Positions 1-8,607 are shown, numbered from the stretch's first letter. The stretch: 41,192 bases of DNA from Gaiellales bacterium (GCA_035537595.1 DATLLX010000083.1:1-41192); one strand, 5' to 3'. Made by a program: numbers and translations. Notes: generated from the letters alone by a model not told the origin.

Positions 1-354
1 CGGGTGGTCAGCGACAACTACTGGGTCAAGCAGCTGTGGGAGATGGGCATCCTGGGTGCGCTGTGGTACACGTCGGTGCTGGCGCTGGCGGCGCTCGCGG
101 CGCTGCGCTTGTTCCGGGCCGCGCGGCCCGAGTCGGGTGCCGTCGCCCTCGCCGTCTGCGGCCTGATCGCCCAGCAGGCATCGGCCTCGTGGTTCACCAA
201 CGCGCTCGACCCGTCGCCCTACAACCTGATCTTCTGGCTGTTCGTGGGCCTGGCCCGGATGCCCTCCCGGGAGGACGCGGCCGAGGCCGAGGTGTTCGGG
301 CAGGTCTCGGAGCCGGCGCCGGCCCGGCTACGGCCGCAGAACGCCGCCGTCTGA
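1..354 (+). CDS. O-antigen ligase (Wzy)-like membrane protein, C-terminal fragment (5' end outside window)
   Basis: The ORF runs off the left edge. It has consecutive hydrophobic helices (GILGALWYTSVLALAALAAL, VALAVCGLIAQQ, YNLIFWLFVGL) followed by a charged tail. The family assignment is by resemblance only. Confidence 0.4.
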   Translation, partial: RVVSDNYWVKQLWEMGILGALWYTSVLALAALAALRLFRAARPESGAVALAVCGLIAQQASASWFTNALDPSPYNLIFWLFVGLARMPSREDAAEAEVFGQVSEPAPARLRPQNAAV

Positions 355-1404
355 GCGCCTGACCAGCTTGGCGACCATCAGCGCCGCCGCGCGCGGCTTG
401 AGGTCGTTGTGGAACAGGCCGAAGCCTCCCGATCCCTCGTCGATCAGCTGGTACAGGATCAGCGCGGCGACGTACGGATAGGCGCGGGCGATGTGGACGA
501 TGGCCCGCCGCTCGAAACCGGCCACCTGGTTGGGCGAGTGGTGGACGCCGACCGGATAGCCGAACTCGGTCAGCCACAGCTTCTTGGAGGCGTCGTCGTT
601 TCGCACCATCAACGCCCTCAGAGCGGGGATGTCGTTCACGATCGCCGATCCGTTCGCCGTGGCATCGCCATGGGCGTAGGGGTGGAACCCGATGCCGTCG
701 AAGCTCTTTCGCGCGCCGGCGGCGTACAGCGACCTGACGAACCGGGCTGCGGGCATCACGCCCGGCTTCCTGCTGCGGGCCAGGCCGCCGACGATCACGG
801 TGCCGGACGGGTCGGCCGGCCGGATCGCCCGCGAGCAGGCGTCGAGCAGCGCCGCGTAGCGGCGCACCTGAACCGGCCCGCCCCAGCCGAAGTTGGCATT
901 CTCCTCGTTCCAGACCTCGTAGACGATGCTCTGACCGTGGTAGCGGGCGGCCAGGTCGCCGCAGAACGCGGCCAGGTCGGGCAGCCGGTCGGGCGGCGCG
1001 CTCAGCCCGGCTCCGCCGTTGGCCCACCGGGGCGTGCCGTGGATGGCCAGGATCAGGCGGACGCCTCGGCGTCTGGCCTCGGCCACCATCTCGTCGAGCT
1101 GCTCCCAGTTGTGGAATCCACGGTCGCGCTCGACCGCGGCCCAGAGGGCGTCGATCCGCAGCATCCGCAGGTGGAGCCTGCCGAGCGCGTCGAACGACCG
1201 CTTCAGCCCGTGGCGCTCGACGACCCAGGGGTGTGAGGCCGCGCCGAGGGCGAGCGCAGGGCGCGGCGGTCTCGCCGGAGTGTCGGTGAGGCTCTCGGCG
1301 GATCCACCCGGCATGGCGGAGGAGATGATCGCGCCGACCGCCACCGCGGCGCCGATGGCGACAACGATCGCGCTAGCTCGAGCTATTCGCTTCCCGGCTC
1401 TCAC
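328..1404 (-). CDS. membrane-anchored clan GH-A glycoside hydrolase (GH5/GH39-like)
   Basis: GTG start at 1404 with a GGAGG RBS (complement of 1411-1415) 6 nt upstream. N-terminal TM anchor AIVVAIGAAVAVGAIISS. Acid/base motif EVWNEEN and nucleophile motif LWLTEFG. The longer 450-aa track ORF would run into the Kelch gene and is not used. Confidence 0.7.
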   Translation of the reverse strand: MRAGKRIARASAIVVAIGAAVAVGAIISSAMPGGSAESLTDTPARPPRPALALGAASHPWVVERHGLKRSFDALGRLHLRMLRIDALWAAVERDRGFHNWEQLDEMVAEARRRGVRLILAIHGTPRWANGGAGLSAPPDRLPDLAAFCGDLAARYHGQSIVYEVWNEENANFGWGGPVQVRRYAALLDACSRAIRPADPSGTVIVGGLARSRKPGVMPAARFVRSLYAAGARKSFDGIGFHPYAHGDATANGSAIVNDIPALRALMVRNDDASKKLWLTEFGYPVGVHHSPNQVAGFERRAIVHIARAYPYVAALILYQLIDEGSGGFGLFHNDLKPRAAALMVAKLVRRSDGGVLRP

Positions 1405-1494
1405 AGCCCACCTCCATCGACTCCAGGGTACAGGTGTTTTCGGCCATTTGGCACTGGCCGGGTGGGGGCGGTTGCCGGGGTGCCGAAGCGCTCG

Positions 1495-1500
1495 TACGCT
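1495..1500 (+). promoter_or_regulatory. candidate -10 hexamer TACGCT, 7 nt upstream of the Kelch gene ATG (leaderless geometry)
   Basis: TANNNT hexamer with no Shine-Dalgarno between it and the ATG at 1508. The same hexamer occurs upstream of cmk. Confidence 0.3.
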
Positions 1501-1507
1501 CGACGGG

Positions 1508-3481
1508 ATGGGCTCATTTCCCTCCCCGCGCCGCGGCCTGGCCGCCGCCTTCCTCGTGGTCTGCTTGGCGATCGGCGCCGGGGTGCCCGCGGCCCAGGCC
1601 GATGAGGGGACGTGGGCCACCGCCGCCAAGGTCTTGCCGCGGTTCGGGCTCGCGGCGGCGACGGCGGGGGACGGATCCATCTACGCGGTCGGCGGCGTGT
1701 CGGGGGTGAGCACCCTCAGCGACGCGCAGGTCTACGACCCGGCCGCGAAGGCGTGGGCGGCGCTGCCGTCGATGGCGCACGCCCGCTTCGGCGCGGCGGC
1801 CGCCGCCTCCGGTAACACCGTCTACGTGCTCGGCGGCAGCAACTCCGATGCCGGGTCGAGCCCCGACGAGGGCACGCTGGCCCTGGTCGAGAAGATCACC
1901 GGACCAGGCGGCGCCTGGGCTGCGTCGGCTCCGATGAGCAGTCGCCGCTACGGACTCGGCGCCGCCACCGATGCGCAGGGCCGGATCTACGCGGTGGGTG
2001 GCAACAACGGCAGCGTCGCCCTGAAGTCGGTCGAGCGCTATGACCCAGGTGCCGGCACCTGGACGTCGGTGGCTTCGATGACAACGGTGCGGGAATGGCC
2101 GGCGGTAGCCACCGGCAAGGACGGCCGCATCTACGCGATGAGCGGCAACGACGCCACCGGGCCGCTGGCCAGCGCCGAGGTGTACGACCCGGCCGCGAAC
2201 AGCTGGACGCCGATCGCGGCGATGGCAACCGCCCGCACGGCGGCCTCGGCGGCCCTCGCCCCGGACGGCCGGATCGTGGTCGCCGGCGGCACGGCGGCGG
2301 ACGGCAGCTTCCTGGCCACGGCGGAGGCCTACAACCCGACCACCAACACCTGGACGGCGGTCACGCCGATGCCCCGGCAGCGCGCCTACGGCGCCTCGGC
2401 ACAGGCTCCCGGCGGCCGGATCTTCGTGATCGGCGGCTCCACCGGGTCGGGAACGCTGGGCGCGGTCGACTCCCTGCAGCTGGTGGACACCACCAAGCCG
2501 GTGCTGAGCTCGGTCACGATCGACAACGGCAGCGCGTCCACGGCCGACGCGACGGCGACCGTCAAGCTGGTCGCCACCGATTCGCCCAGCGGGCCGGCGC
2601 TGATGCGGGTCTCGAGCAAGCCGCCGGTCAACTGCGCGACCGGCTGCCAGATGTCGCCGACGTTCACTCGCCAGAGCGCCTACAGCCCGTCGTTCACCTG
2701 GGACCTGACCGACCCCACCTGGGGCGGCGTTGCCGGTGACGGCACCAAGCAGGTGTGGGTGCAGGTGGTTGACGCTGCAGGCAACGCATCGGCGATCAGG
2801 GGCGACACGATCATGCTCGACAACACGACCCCTAGCATCGAGAGCGGTCCCGACACCCGGCTTAAGGCCGGTGGCACGCTGCAGCCGGGCACCGCACCGG
2901 TGGAAGCGTCGTGGACGGGGGCCGACGCCACCGGCGGCGTCACCCGCTACGGCGTCGAGTGGCACAACGGCGCCGAGAGCTTCTCGGCCGTGACCCGGTC
3001 GAATCCCGCCTCCTCCACCCTGCTGCGGCAGTATCCGCGCGGCTGCTCCTGCTCGCTTCGCGTGAACGCCGAGGATGCCGCCGGCCACGTCAGCCCGTGG
3101 GCGGTGGGCCCGGCGTTCGTGCCCACGGTGGTGCAGGAGCGCTGGTCGCTGGTCGTCTACCGGGGCCAGTGGACGGTCGCCACGAGCACCCGTCACGACG
3201 GCGGCCGCGACCGCTACGCGGCCGCGGCCGGCGCCTCCGCCCGCTTCGACTTCACCGGCCGGGGGATCGCCTGGGTCGCGCCGATGGGCTCCACCCGCGG
3301 CAAGGCCGATGTCTACCTCGACGGCGTCAAGGCCGCCACCGTCTCGCTCTCCGCAAGCTCTTCCCGCTACCGCCGTCTGGTCTTCGCCCGCAACTGGCCG
3401 GAGGCCGGCGCCCACCGCATCACGATCCGCACCACCAGCTCCAAGCGCGTCGACCTCGACGCCTTCGTCATCCTCAGCTGA
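1508..3481 (+). CDS. secreted Kelch-repeat (beta-propeller) protein with C-terminal Ig-like/carbohydrate-binding-like modules
   Basis: ATG at 1508. Signal peptide MGSFPSPRRGLAAAFLVVCLAIGAGVPAAQA/DE, where the RR may indicate Tat export. About six repeats of the type G.IYA.GG...........VE.YDP..N.W. The C-terminal roughly 330 aa is rich in beta-strand-like segments (VKLVATDSPSG, QVWVQVVDAAGNAS, RITIRTTSSKRVDLDAFVILS). Confidence 0.8.
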   Translation: MGSFPSPRRGLAAAFLVVCLAIGAGVPAAQADEGTWATAAKVLPRFGLAAATAGDGSIYAVGGVSGVSTLSDAQVYDPAAKAWAALPSMAHARFGAAAAASGNTVYVLGGSNSDAGSSPDEGTLALVEKITGPGGAWAASAPMSSRRYGLGAATDAQGRIYAVGGNNGSVALKSVERYDPGAGTWTSVASMTTVREWPAVATGKDGRIYAMSGNDATGPLASAEVYDPAANSWTPIAAMATARTAASAALAPDGRIVVAGGTAADGSFLATAEAYNPTTNTWTAVTPMPRQRAYGASAQAPGGRIFVIGGSTGSGTLGAVDSLQLVDTTKPVLSSVTIDNGSASTADATATVKLVATDSPSGPALMRVSSKPPVNCATGCQMSPTFTRQSAYSPSFTWDLTDPTWGGVAGDGTKQVWVQVVDAAGNASAIRGDTIMLDNTTPSIESGPDTRLKAGGTLQPGTAPVEASWTGADATGGVTRYGVEWHNGAESFSAVTRSNPASSTLLRQYPRGCSCSLRVNAEDAAGHVSPWAVGPAFVPTVVQERWSLVVYRGQWTVATSTRHDGGRDRYAAAAGASARFDFTGRGIAWVAPMGSTRGKADVYLDGVKAATVSLSASSSRYRRLVFARNWPEAGAHRITIRTTSSKRVDLDAFVILS

Positions 3482-3520
3482 CGCCCGTCTGGTTGCCCGG
3501 CCCGCCCTGACGACGGCCGC

Positions 3521-3553
3521 GGTGAACACAGGTGCCTGACACGTCCGTTCACC
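3521..3553. repeat. 33-bp imperfect palindromic repeat, copy 1 (GGTGAACACAGGTGCCTGACACGTCCGTTCACC)
   Basis: 12 of 16 arm positions are complementary. It shares the 22-mer GGTGARCAnARGTGYCWGACAC with copies at 3723, 3765 and 39569. It lies in the convergent intergenic region after the Kelch gene. Confidence 0.8.
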
Positions 3554-3574
3554 CGTGCCCAGGTGTCACGGGCG

Positions 3575-3631
3575 AATGGCCGCGAGGGCGGCGGCCATTT
3601 AGCGGAGCGAGTGAATGTCACTTGGCCGTCC
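3575..3631. repeat. degenerate copies of the ATTTGGCCG-type 23-bp repeat
   Basis: GGGCGGCGGCCATTTAGCGGAGCGAG (3586-3611) closely matches GGGCGGCGGCCATTTGGCCGAGCGAT at 8601-8626. It is flanked by AATGGCCG (3575) and CACTTGGCCG (3619) at about 21-23 nt spacing. Confidence 0.6.
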
Positions 3632-3722
3632 CGCGTTCTCCCTGCACCCGCCGTCGAACTGCCTGTCACGGCCGGACGCGCTCTGTCGCGCGGCTGTTGG
3701 CGAAGCGCGTCACACGGCCCTC

Positions 3723-3755
3723 GGTGAACAAAGGTGTCAGACACCCGTGTTCACC
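3723..3755. repeat. 33-bp imperfect palindromic repeat, copy 2 (GGTGAACAAAGGTGTCAGACACCCGTGTTCACC)
   Basis: 14 of 16 arm positions are complementary around a central A. It lies just downstream of the trpS stop and could double as a bidirectional terminator hairpin. Confidence 0.85.
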
Positions 3756-3764
3756 CTTTCGGCG

Positions 3765-3797
3765 GGTGAACAGAAGTGTCTGACACCGGTTGTTCGC
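3765..3797. repeat. 33-bp palindromic repeat, copy 3 (GGTGAACAGAAGTGTCTGACACCGGTTGTTCGC)
   Basis: Same left-arm 22-mer, with a right arm carrying a 1-nt indel. It is 9 nt from copy 2 and 12 nt from the trpS stop codon. Confidence 0.75.
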
Positions 3798-3808
3798 GGG
3801 CGGCGGGG

Positions 3809-4792
3809 CTAGCGGAAGCCCATGCGCTGCCGCATCAGCGACAGGGTGTCGTCGGCGACGGAGCGGGCGTGGGCGGCGCCCTGTTCGAGGATCGAGCGCA
3901 GCTCGGCGTCGTCGGTGCGGAGCTGCTGGTAGCGCTCGCGGACCGGGCGGAGCATCTCCACGACCGACTCGGCGACGTCGCCCTTGAACTGGCCGTAGCC
4001 GGCGCCGTCGTACTGGGCCTCGACCTGATCGGGGGTCTGCCCGGTGGCGATCGAGTGGATCTCGATCAGGTTGGCGATCCCCTCCTTGCCGTCGCCGCGG
4101 TGTACCTCGCGGCCGGAGTCGGTGACGGCCGAGCGGATCTTGCGGGCGACGACCTCGGGCGGGTCGTTCACGAGCACGGTGCCCTGCGGCGTGCCGCGCG
4201 TGGTCGACATCTTGCGGGTCGGGTCCTGCAGGTCCATGACCCGTCCGCCGGCGCTGGGGATGGCGGCCTCGGGCACGGTCAGCGTTTCGCCGAAGCGGGC
4301 GTTGAACCGCTGGGCGATGTTGCGGGCCAGCTCGAGGTGCTGGCGCTGGTCGTCGCCGACCGGCACGCGGTCGGTGCGGTAGAGCAGGATGTCGGCGGCC
4401 TGCAGCACCGGGTAGGTGAAGACGTCGACCGAGACCGACTCCTGGCCCTCGCTCTTTTCCTTGAACTGCGTCATCCGGCGCAGCTCGCCGAACGTGGCCA
4501 GGCCGCTGGCGCCCAGCAGCCAGGCGCCGTAGGCATGGGCGGCGACATGGCTCTGCACGAACAGGGTGCAGCGCTCGGGCTCGAGGCCGGCGCCGAGCAG
4601 CGTGGCGGCGGTGTCGAGCGTGTTCTCGTGCAGCGCGTCGACGTCGTAGGGAACGCTGATGGCGTGCAGGTCGACGATGCAGTAGAAGGCCTCGCCCAGG
4701 TCCTGGTCGGACACGTAATGGCGGATCGCGCCGATGTAGTTGCCGAGGTGCTTGCTGCCCGTCGGCTGGATGCCTGAGAAGACTCGTGCCAT
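3809..4792 (-). CDS. trpS: tryptophan--tRNA ligase
   Basis: The N-terminus MARVFSGIQPTGSKHLGNYIG is the class I HIGH-type motif region. A KMSTT (KMSKS-type) loop is present. Length is 327 aa. Confidence 0.95.
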   Translation of the reverse strand: MARVFSGIQPTGSKHLGNYIGAIRHYVSDQDLGEAFYCIVDLHAISVPYDVDALHENTLDTAATLLGAGLEPERCTLFVQSHVAAHAYGAWLLGASGLATFGELRRMTQFKEKSEGQESVSVDVFTYPVLQAADILLYRTDRVPVGDDQRQHLELARNIAQRFNARFGETLTVPEAAIPSAGGRVMDLQDPTRKMSTTRGTPQGTVLVNDPPEVVARKIRSAVTDSGREVHRGDGKEGIANLIEIHSIATGQTPDQVEAQYDGAGYGQFKGDVAESVVEMLRPVRERYQQLRTDDAELRSILEQGAAHARSVADDTLSLMRQRMGFR

Positions 4793-4801
4793 GAGACGGG
4801 C

Positions 4802-4807
4802 ACTTTA
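4802..4807 (-). promoter_or_regulatory. candidate -10 hexamer TAAAGT, 9 nt upstream of the trpS ATG
   Basis: The minus-strand sequence reads CGGTAAAGTgcccgtctcATG with no SD-like purine run. Confidence 0.25.
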
Positions 4808-4835
4808 CCGGGCCGGTGGCGCCACAACCCACCGG

Positions 4836-4841
4836 TAGACT
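4836..4841 (+). promoter_or_regulatory. candidate -10 hexamer TAGACT, 10 nt upstream of ATG 4852
   Basis: The sequence reads CCGGTAGACTggacgcagatATG with no SD. The region is divergent with trpS. Confidence 0.25.
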
Positions 4842-4851
4842 GGACGCAGAT

Positions 4852-6219
4852 ATGGCGACGTCTCCCCCCGCATGGTCTCCCGTCACCTGGCGCGAGCGCA
4901 CCGCGCTCCACCAGCCGGAGTGGCCCGACCCGGCCGCCGCGTCGGCGGTCACCGAGCGCCTGGCCGGTATGCCGCCGCTGGTGTTTGCCGGTGAGGCAAG
5001 ACAGCTGCGGGAATCGCTGGCCCAGGTCGCCGCCGGGCGGGCGTTCCTGCTCCAGGCCGGCGACTGCGCCGAGTCGTTCAACGACTTCTCGGCCATCAGC
5101 ATCCGGGAGAAGCTCAAGATCATCCTCCAGATGGCGGCGGTGCTGACCTATGGCTCGATGCTGCCGGTGGTCAAGCTGGGCCGGATCGCCGGCCAGTACA
5201 CCAAGCCCCGCTCGGCCGCCACGGAGATGGTGGACGGCGTCGAGGTGGCCACCTTCCGCGGCCACATGGTGCACGACGACACCCCGACCAGTGAGGGCAG
5301 GCGGTTCGACCCCGAGCGGATGGTGCAGGGCTACCACCACGCGGCGTCGACGCTGAACCTGTTGCGGGCGTTCACCAAGGGCGGGTTCGCCGACCTGACC
5401 AAGGTGCACCTGTGGAACCAGGAGTTCGTGGCCAGCTCGCCGGAGGGCCGCCGCTACGAGGTGATCGCGACCGAGATCGAGCGCGCGCTGCGCTTCATGG
5501 CCGCCTGCGGCATCGACCTCGAGCAGGAGCGTCAGCTGCACGAGGTCGACGTGTGGACGAGCCACGAGGGGCTGCTGCTCGACTACGAGCAGGCGCTCAC
5601 CCGCCGCGACTCGCTGACCGGCGACTGGTACGACTGCTCCGCCCACATGCTGTGGATCGGCGAGCGGACGCGGGCCGTCGACGGCGCCCACGTCGCGTTC
5701 TTCGCCGGCGTCCACAACCCTGTGGGCGTCAAGCTCGGCCCGGCGGCGACGCCGCAGGACGTGATCGATCTGTGCGAGCGCCTGAATCCCGACCGCATCC
5801 CGGGGCGGCTGACCCTGATCTCCCGGATGGGCGCCGAGCGCGTCCGCGAGCTGCTGCCCCCGCTGCTGGCGGCGGTGGCGGCCGCCGAGCATCCGGTGGT
5901 GTGGGTGTGCGACCCGATGCACGCCAACGTCTTCCGCACCCGGTCGGGCTACAAGACGCGCCGGTTCGAGGACATCATGGCCGAGATCGAGGGCTTCTTC
6001 GAGGCCTGCCGCGACCAGGCCGCATGGCCGGGCGGTGTGCACGTGGAGTTCACCGGCGAGCATGTCACCGAATGCGTCGGCGGCTCCGAGGCCGTGCTGG
6101 AAGACCAGCTCAACGTCAACTACTCCACGCTGTGCGATCCGCGCTTGAATGCGCGGCAGTCGCTCGACCTCGCGTTCCGCGTTGCGGAGCTGATGCGAGG
6201 CGCGGCCCGGTCGCTGTGA
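4852..6219 (+). CDS. aroG: class II 3-deoxy-7-phosphoheptulonate (DAHP) synthase
   Basis: About 455 aa with the class II hallmark N-terminus (W...W......QP.WPD, FLLQAGDCAESF), then KPRS and CDPMHAN. The start is ambiguous between ATG 4852 (preferred) and GTG 4816. Confidence 0.9.
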   Translation: MATSPPAWSPVTWRERTALHQPEWPDPAAASAVTERLAGMPPLVFAGEARQLRESLAQVAAGRAFLLQAGDCAESFNDFSAISIREKLKIILQMAAVLTYGSMLPVVKLGRIAGQYTKPRSAATEMVDGVEVATFRGHMVHDDTPTSEGRRFDPERMVQGYHHAASTLNLLRAFTKGGFADLTKVHLWNQEFVASSPEGRRYEVIATEIERALRFMAACGIDLEQERQLHEVDVWTSHEGLLLDYEQALTRRDSLTGDWYDCSAHMLWIGERTRAVDGAHVAFFAGVHNPVGVKLGPAATPQDVIDLCERLNPDRIPGRLTLISRMGAERVRELLPPLLAAVAAAEHPVVWVCDPMHANVFRTRSGYKTRRFEDIMAEIEGFFEACRDQAAWPGGVHVEFTGEHVTECVGGSEAVLEDQLNVNYSTLCDPRLNARQSLDLAFRVAELMRGAARSL

Positions 6220-7307
6220 ACCTGGCGATCGTGGGACTGGGCCTGATCGGGGGATCGATCGGGCTGGCGGCGGCGAGTCGAGGCGATCGGGTGATCGGCT
6301 ACGACTCCGACCCGGAAGCGGAGCGGGTCGCGCTCGATCGCGGTGCCGCCGCCCAGGTCAGCGATTCGGTGGCGGCGGCTGTCGCGAATGCAGAGCTGGC
6401 GATCGTCTGCGGGCCGGTGGCCGAGCTCCCGACCCTGGTGCGGGCGGCGCTGGACTCCGCGCCCGCCGGCTGCGTGGTGTCGGACGTGGGGTCGACCAAG
6501 GGCCGGCTGGTGCACTCGGTGGGAGACGAGCCGCGGTTCGTGGCCGGGCACCCGGTCTGCGGCTCGGAGGCGCGGGGGGTGGCGAACGCCCGCGCTGACC
6601 TGTTCGCCGAGGCCACGTGGTTCATCACACCCACCGCGCGTACCGATCCAGAGGCCCACCGCCGGCTGCACGGCTTCGTCGCCTCGCTGGGGGCGCGTCC
6701 CGTGGCGATCGACCCGGAGGCCCACGACCGGCTGGTCGGACTGACCAGCCACCTGCCCCACGCCATCGCCAACGTGCTGATCAACCAGGCCGGCGCGGGC
6801 CGGGTCGACGGCCACGACCCGCTGGGCGCGGTCGGCGGCTCGTTTCGCGACATGACCCGGGTGGCGGGCGCCAACCCGCGGATCTGGGTCGACATCTTTC
6901 TCGACAACCGCGAGGCGCTGCTGGACGGGCTGCGCGAGACCGGCCGCCGGCTGGACGAGCTGACGCGTGCTCTGGAGCGCGAAGACGCCGGGTTCGTGGC
7001 CCGCTGGATCGCGGAGGCGTCCGGCAACCGGCGGCGGTTGCTGGAGACCGCCTATCCGGCACGCGCGGAGGAGCTGTTCCGGGTGCGGGTGCGAGTGCCC
7101 GACCGGCCCGGGGTGCTGTCGGGGATCACCCAGGCGCTGGGCGCCGAGGGCATCAACATCGAGGACTTCGAGCTCCACCACCTGTCCGCCGAGCGCGGTG
7201 GGACGGCGGTGGTGCTCGTCGCCGGCCGGGCCGAGGCCGAGCGCGCGGTGGCGCTGCTCGATGCCCAGGGCTACGGCGCCATCGCCACTCCCGCGGTCGA
7301 TGACTGA
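6216..7307 (+). CDS. tyrA: prephenate dehydrogenase with C-terminal ACT domain
   Basis: GTG 6216 overlaps the DAHP synthase stop (GTGA). Rossmann motif IVGLGLIGGS, then SDVGSTK and HPVCGSE. ACT-like tail RVRVPDRPGVLSGITQALGAEGINIEDF. Confidence 0.9.
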   Translation: MNLAIVGLGLIGGSIGLAAASRGDRVIGYDSDPEAERVALDRGAAAQVSDSVAAAVANAELAIVCGPVAELPTLVRAALDSAPAGCVVSDVGSTKGRLVHSVGDEPRFVAGHPVCGSEARGVANARADLFAEATWFITPTARTDPEAHRRLHGFVASLGARPVAIDPEAHDRLVGLTSHLPHAIANVLINQAGAGRVDGHDPLGAVGGSFRDMTRVAGANPRIWVDIFLDNREALLDGLRETGRRLDELTRALEREDAGFVARWIAEASGNRRRLLETAYPARAEELFRVRVRVPDRPGVLSGITQALGAEGINIEDFELHHLSAERGGTAVVLVAGRAEAERAVALLDAQGYGAIATPAVDD

Positions 7308-8601
7308 TCCGGCCGAGCTGCTGGTGCGCCCGGCGGGAGCGCTGGTCGGCGAGCTGACCGTGCCCGGCGACAAGTCGATCAGCCACCGGGCGGTGATGGT
7401 CGGCGCGCTGAGCGAGGAGCGGGTGGTGGTCACCGGGTTCGGCGCGTCGGCGGACACCCTGGCCACGGTCGACGCGTTCCGCCGCCTGGGCGTCGAGATC
7501 GAGCGGCCCGATTCCGAGACGCTGGTCATCCATGGCGTCGGCATGCGCGGGCTGCAGCCGCCCGACCGGCCGATCGACGTGGGCAACGCCGGCACCCTGA
7601 TGCGCATCCTGCCGGGGATCCTCGCCGGCCAGTCGGGAACCTTCGTCGTGGACGGCGACGACAGCATCCGCAGCCGGCCGATGGAGCGGATCGCGACGCC
7701 GCTCTCCGAGATGGGCGTGCGCGTCGAGACCACGTCGGGAACGCCGCCGGTGACCGTCCACGCCACCGGCGAGGTGCGACCGGTGTCCTACCGGCTGCCG
7801 GTGGCCTCGGCCCAGGTCAAGTCGGCCGTGCTGTTCGCCGGGCTGTTCACCGAGGTCGGCGTGACCACCGTGGAGGAGCCGATCCCCACCCGCGACCACA
7901 CCGAGCGGATGCTGCAGCGGGCCGGCGTGCCGGTCGACAGGCGACCCGGCAGGGTGTCGGTCTCGCCTGTGCGGGAGCTCGTCATCCCCGAGATCCCGGT
8001 GCCCGGCGACTTCTCCTCGGCCGCCCCGTTCATCGCCGCGGCGACGGTGCTGCAGGGCTCCAACCTGACCCTGCGCGGCATCGACATCAATCCCACCCGC
8101 ACCGGCATGCTGACGGTGCTGGAGAGGATGGGCGCCCGGGTGGGCCTGTTCGGCAGACGGTGGGCGGCCGGCGAGCCGGTGGCCGACATCGAGGTGCGGG
8201 CCGCGGAGCTGGTGGCCACCGAGGTCGAGCCCGAGCTCGTCCCCAGCCTGATCGACGAGCTGCCGCTGGTAGTGCTGGCGGCCAGCTTCGCCCGCGGCAC
8301 CACGGTGATCCGCGGTGCCGGCGAGCTGCGGGTGAAGGAGTCCGACCGGATCGAGAGCGTCGTCCGCGCCATGACCACCGTCGGCGCCCACGTCCGGGCG
8401 TTGGAGGACGGCTTCGAGGTCAAGGGCGTGCCCCATCGCCTGCGCGGCGGCCGGGTGGACGCCGCCGGCGACCACCGGATCGCGATGCTGGGCGCCATCG
8501 CCGGAGCCTGCTCGCAGCAGGGCGTCACCGTCGAGGGCGCCGAGGTGGTCGGCGTCAGCTTCCCCGACTTCGCCGAGCGGCTGGCCGCGGTCAGCGCGTA
8601 G
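7300..8601 (+). CDS. aroA: 3-phosphoshikimate 1-carboxyvinyltransferase (EPSP synthase)
   Basis: ATG 7300 overlaps the tyrA stop by 8 nt. Motifs LTVPGDKSISHRAVM, VGNAGTLMRIL, RVKESDRI and GDHRIAM are present. Confidence 0.95.
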   Translation: MTDPAELLVRPAGALVGELTVPGDKSISHRAVMVGALSEERVVVTGFGASADTLATVDAFRRLGVEIERPDSETLVIHGVGMRGLQPPDRPIDVGNAGTLMRILPGILAGQSGTFVVDGDDSIRSRPMERIATPLSEMGVRVETTSGTPPVTVHATGEVRPVSYRLPVASAQVKSAVLFAGLFTEVGVTTVEEPIPTRDHTERMLQRAGVPVDRRPGRVSVSPVRELVIPEIPVPGDFSSAAPFIAAATVLQGSNLTLRGIDINPTRTGMLTVLERMGARVGLFGRRWAAGEPVADIEVRAAELVATEVEPELVPSLIDELPLVVLAASFARGTTVIRGAGELRVKESDRIESVVRAMTTVGAHVRALEDGFEVKGVPHRLRGGRVDAAGDHRIAMLGAIAGACSQQGVTVEGAEVVGVSFPDFAERLAAVSA

Positions 8602-8607
8602 GGCGGC

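Noticed and set aside
1514-3529. 671-aa ORF antisense to the Kelch gene
   Set aside because: It is Arg/Gly/Pro/Ala-dominated and low in complexity, with no motifs. This is the usual shadow ORF opposite a high-GC gene, because stop codons are rare in GC-rich antisense frames. The sense strand has clear Kelch repeats and a signal peptide.
3481-3808. tRNA, small RNA or small ORFs (3532-3783 +, 3615-3812 +, 3367-3744 -) in the 327-nt convergent gap
   Set aside because: There is no cloverleaf or T-loop (GTTCGAATC-like) sequence. The ORF translations are Arg/Pro/Cys-rich without start context. The region is better explained by repeat elements. A structured ncRNA cannot be excluded without transcript data.
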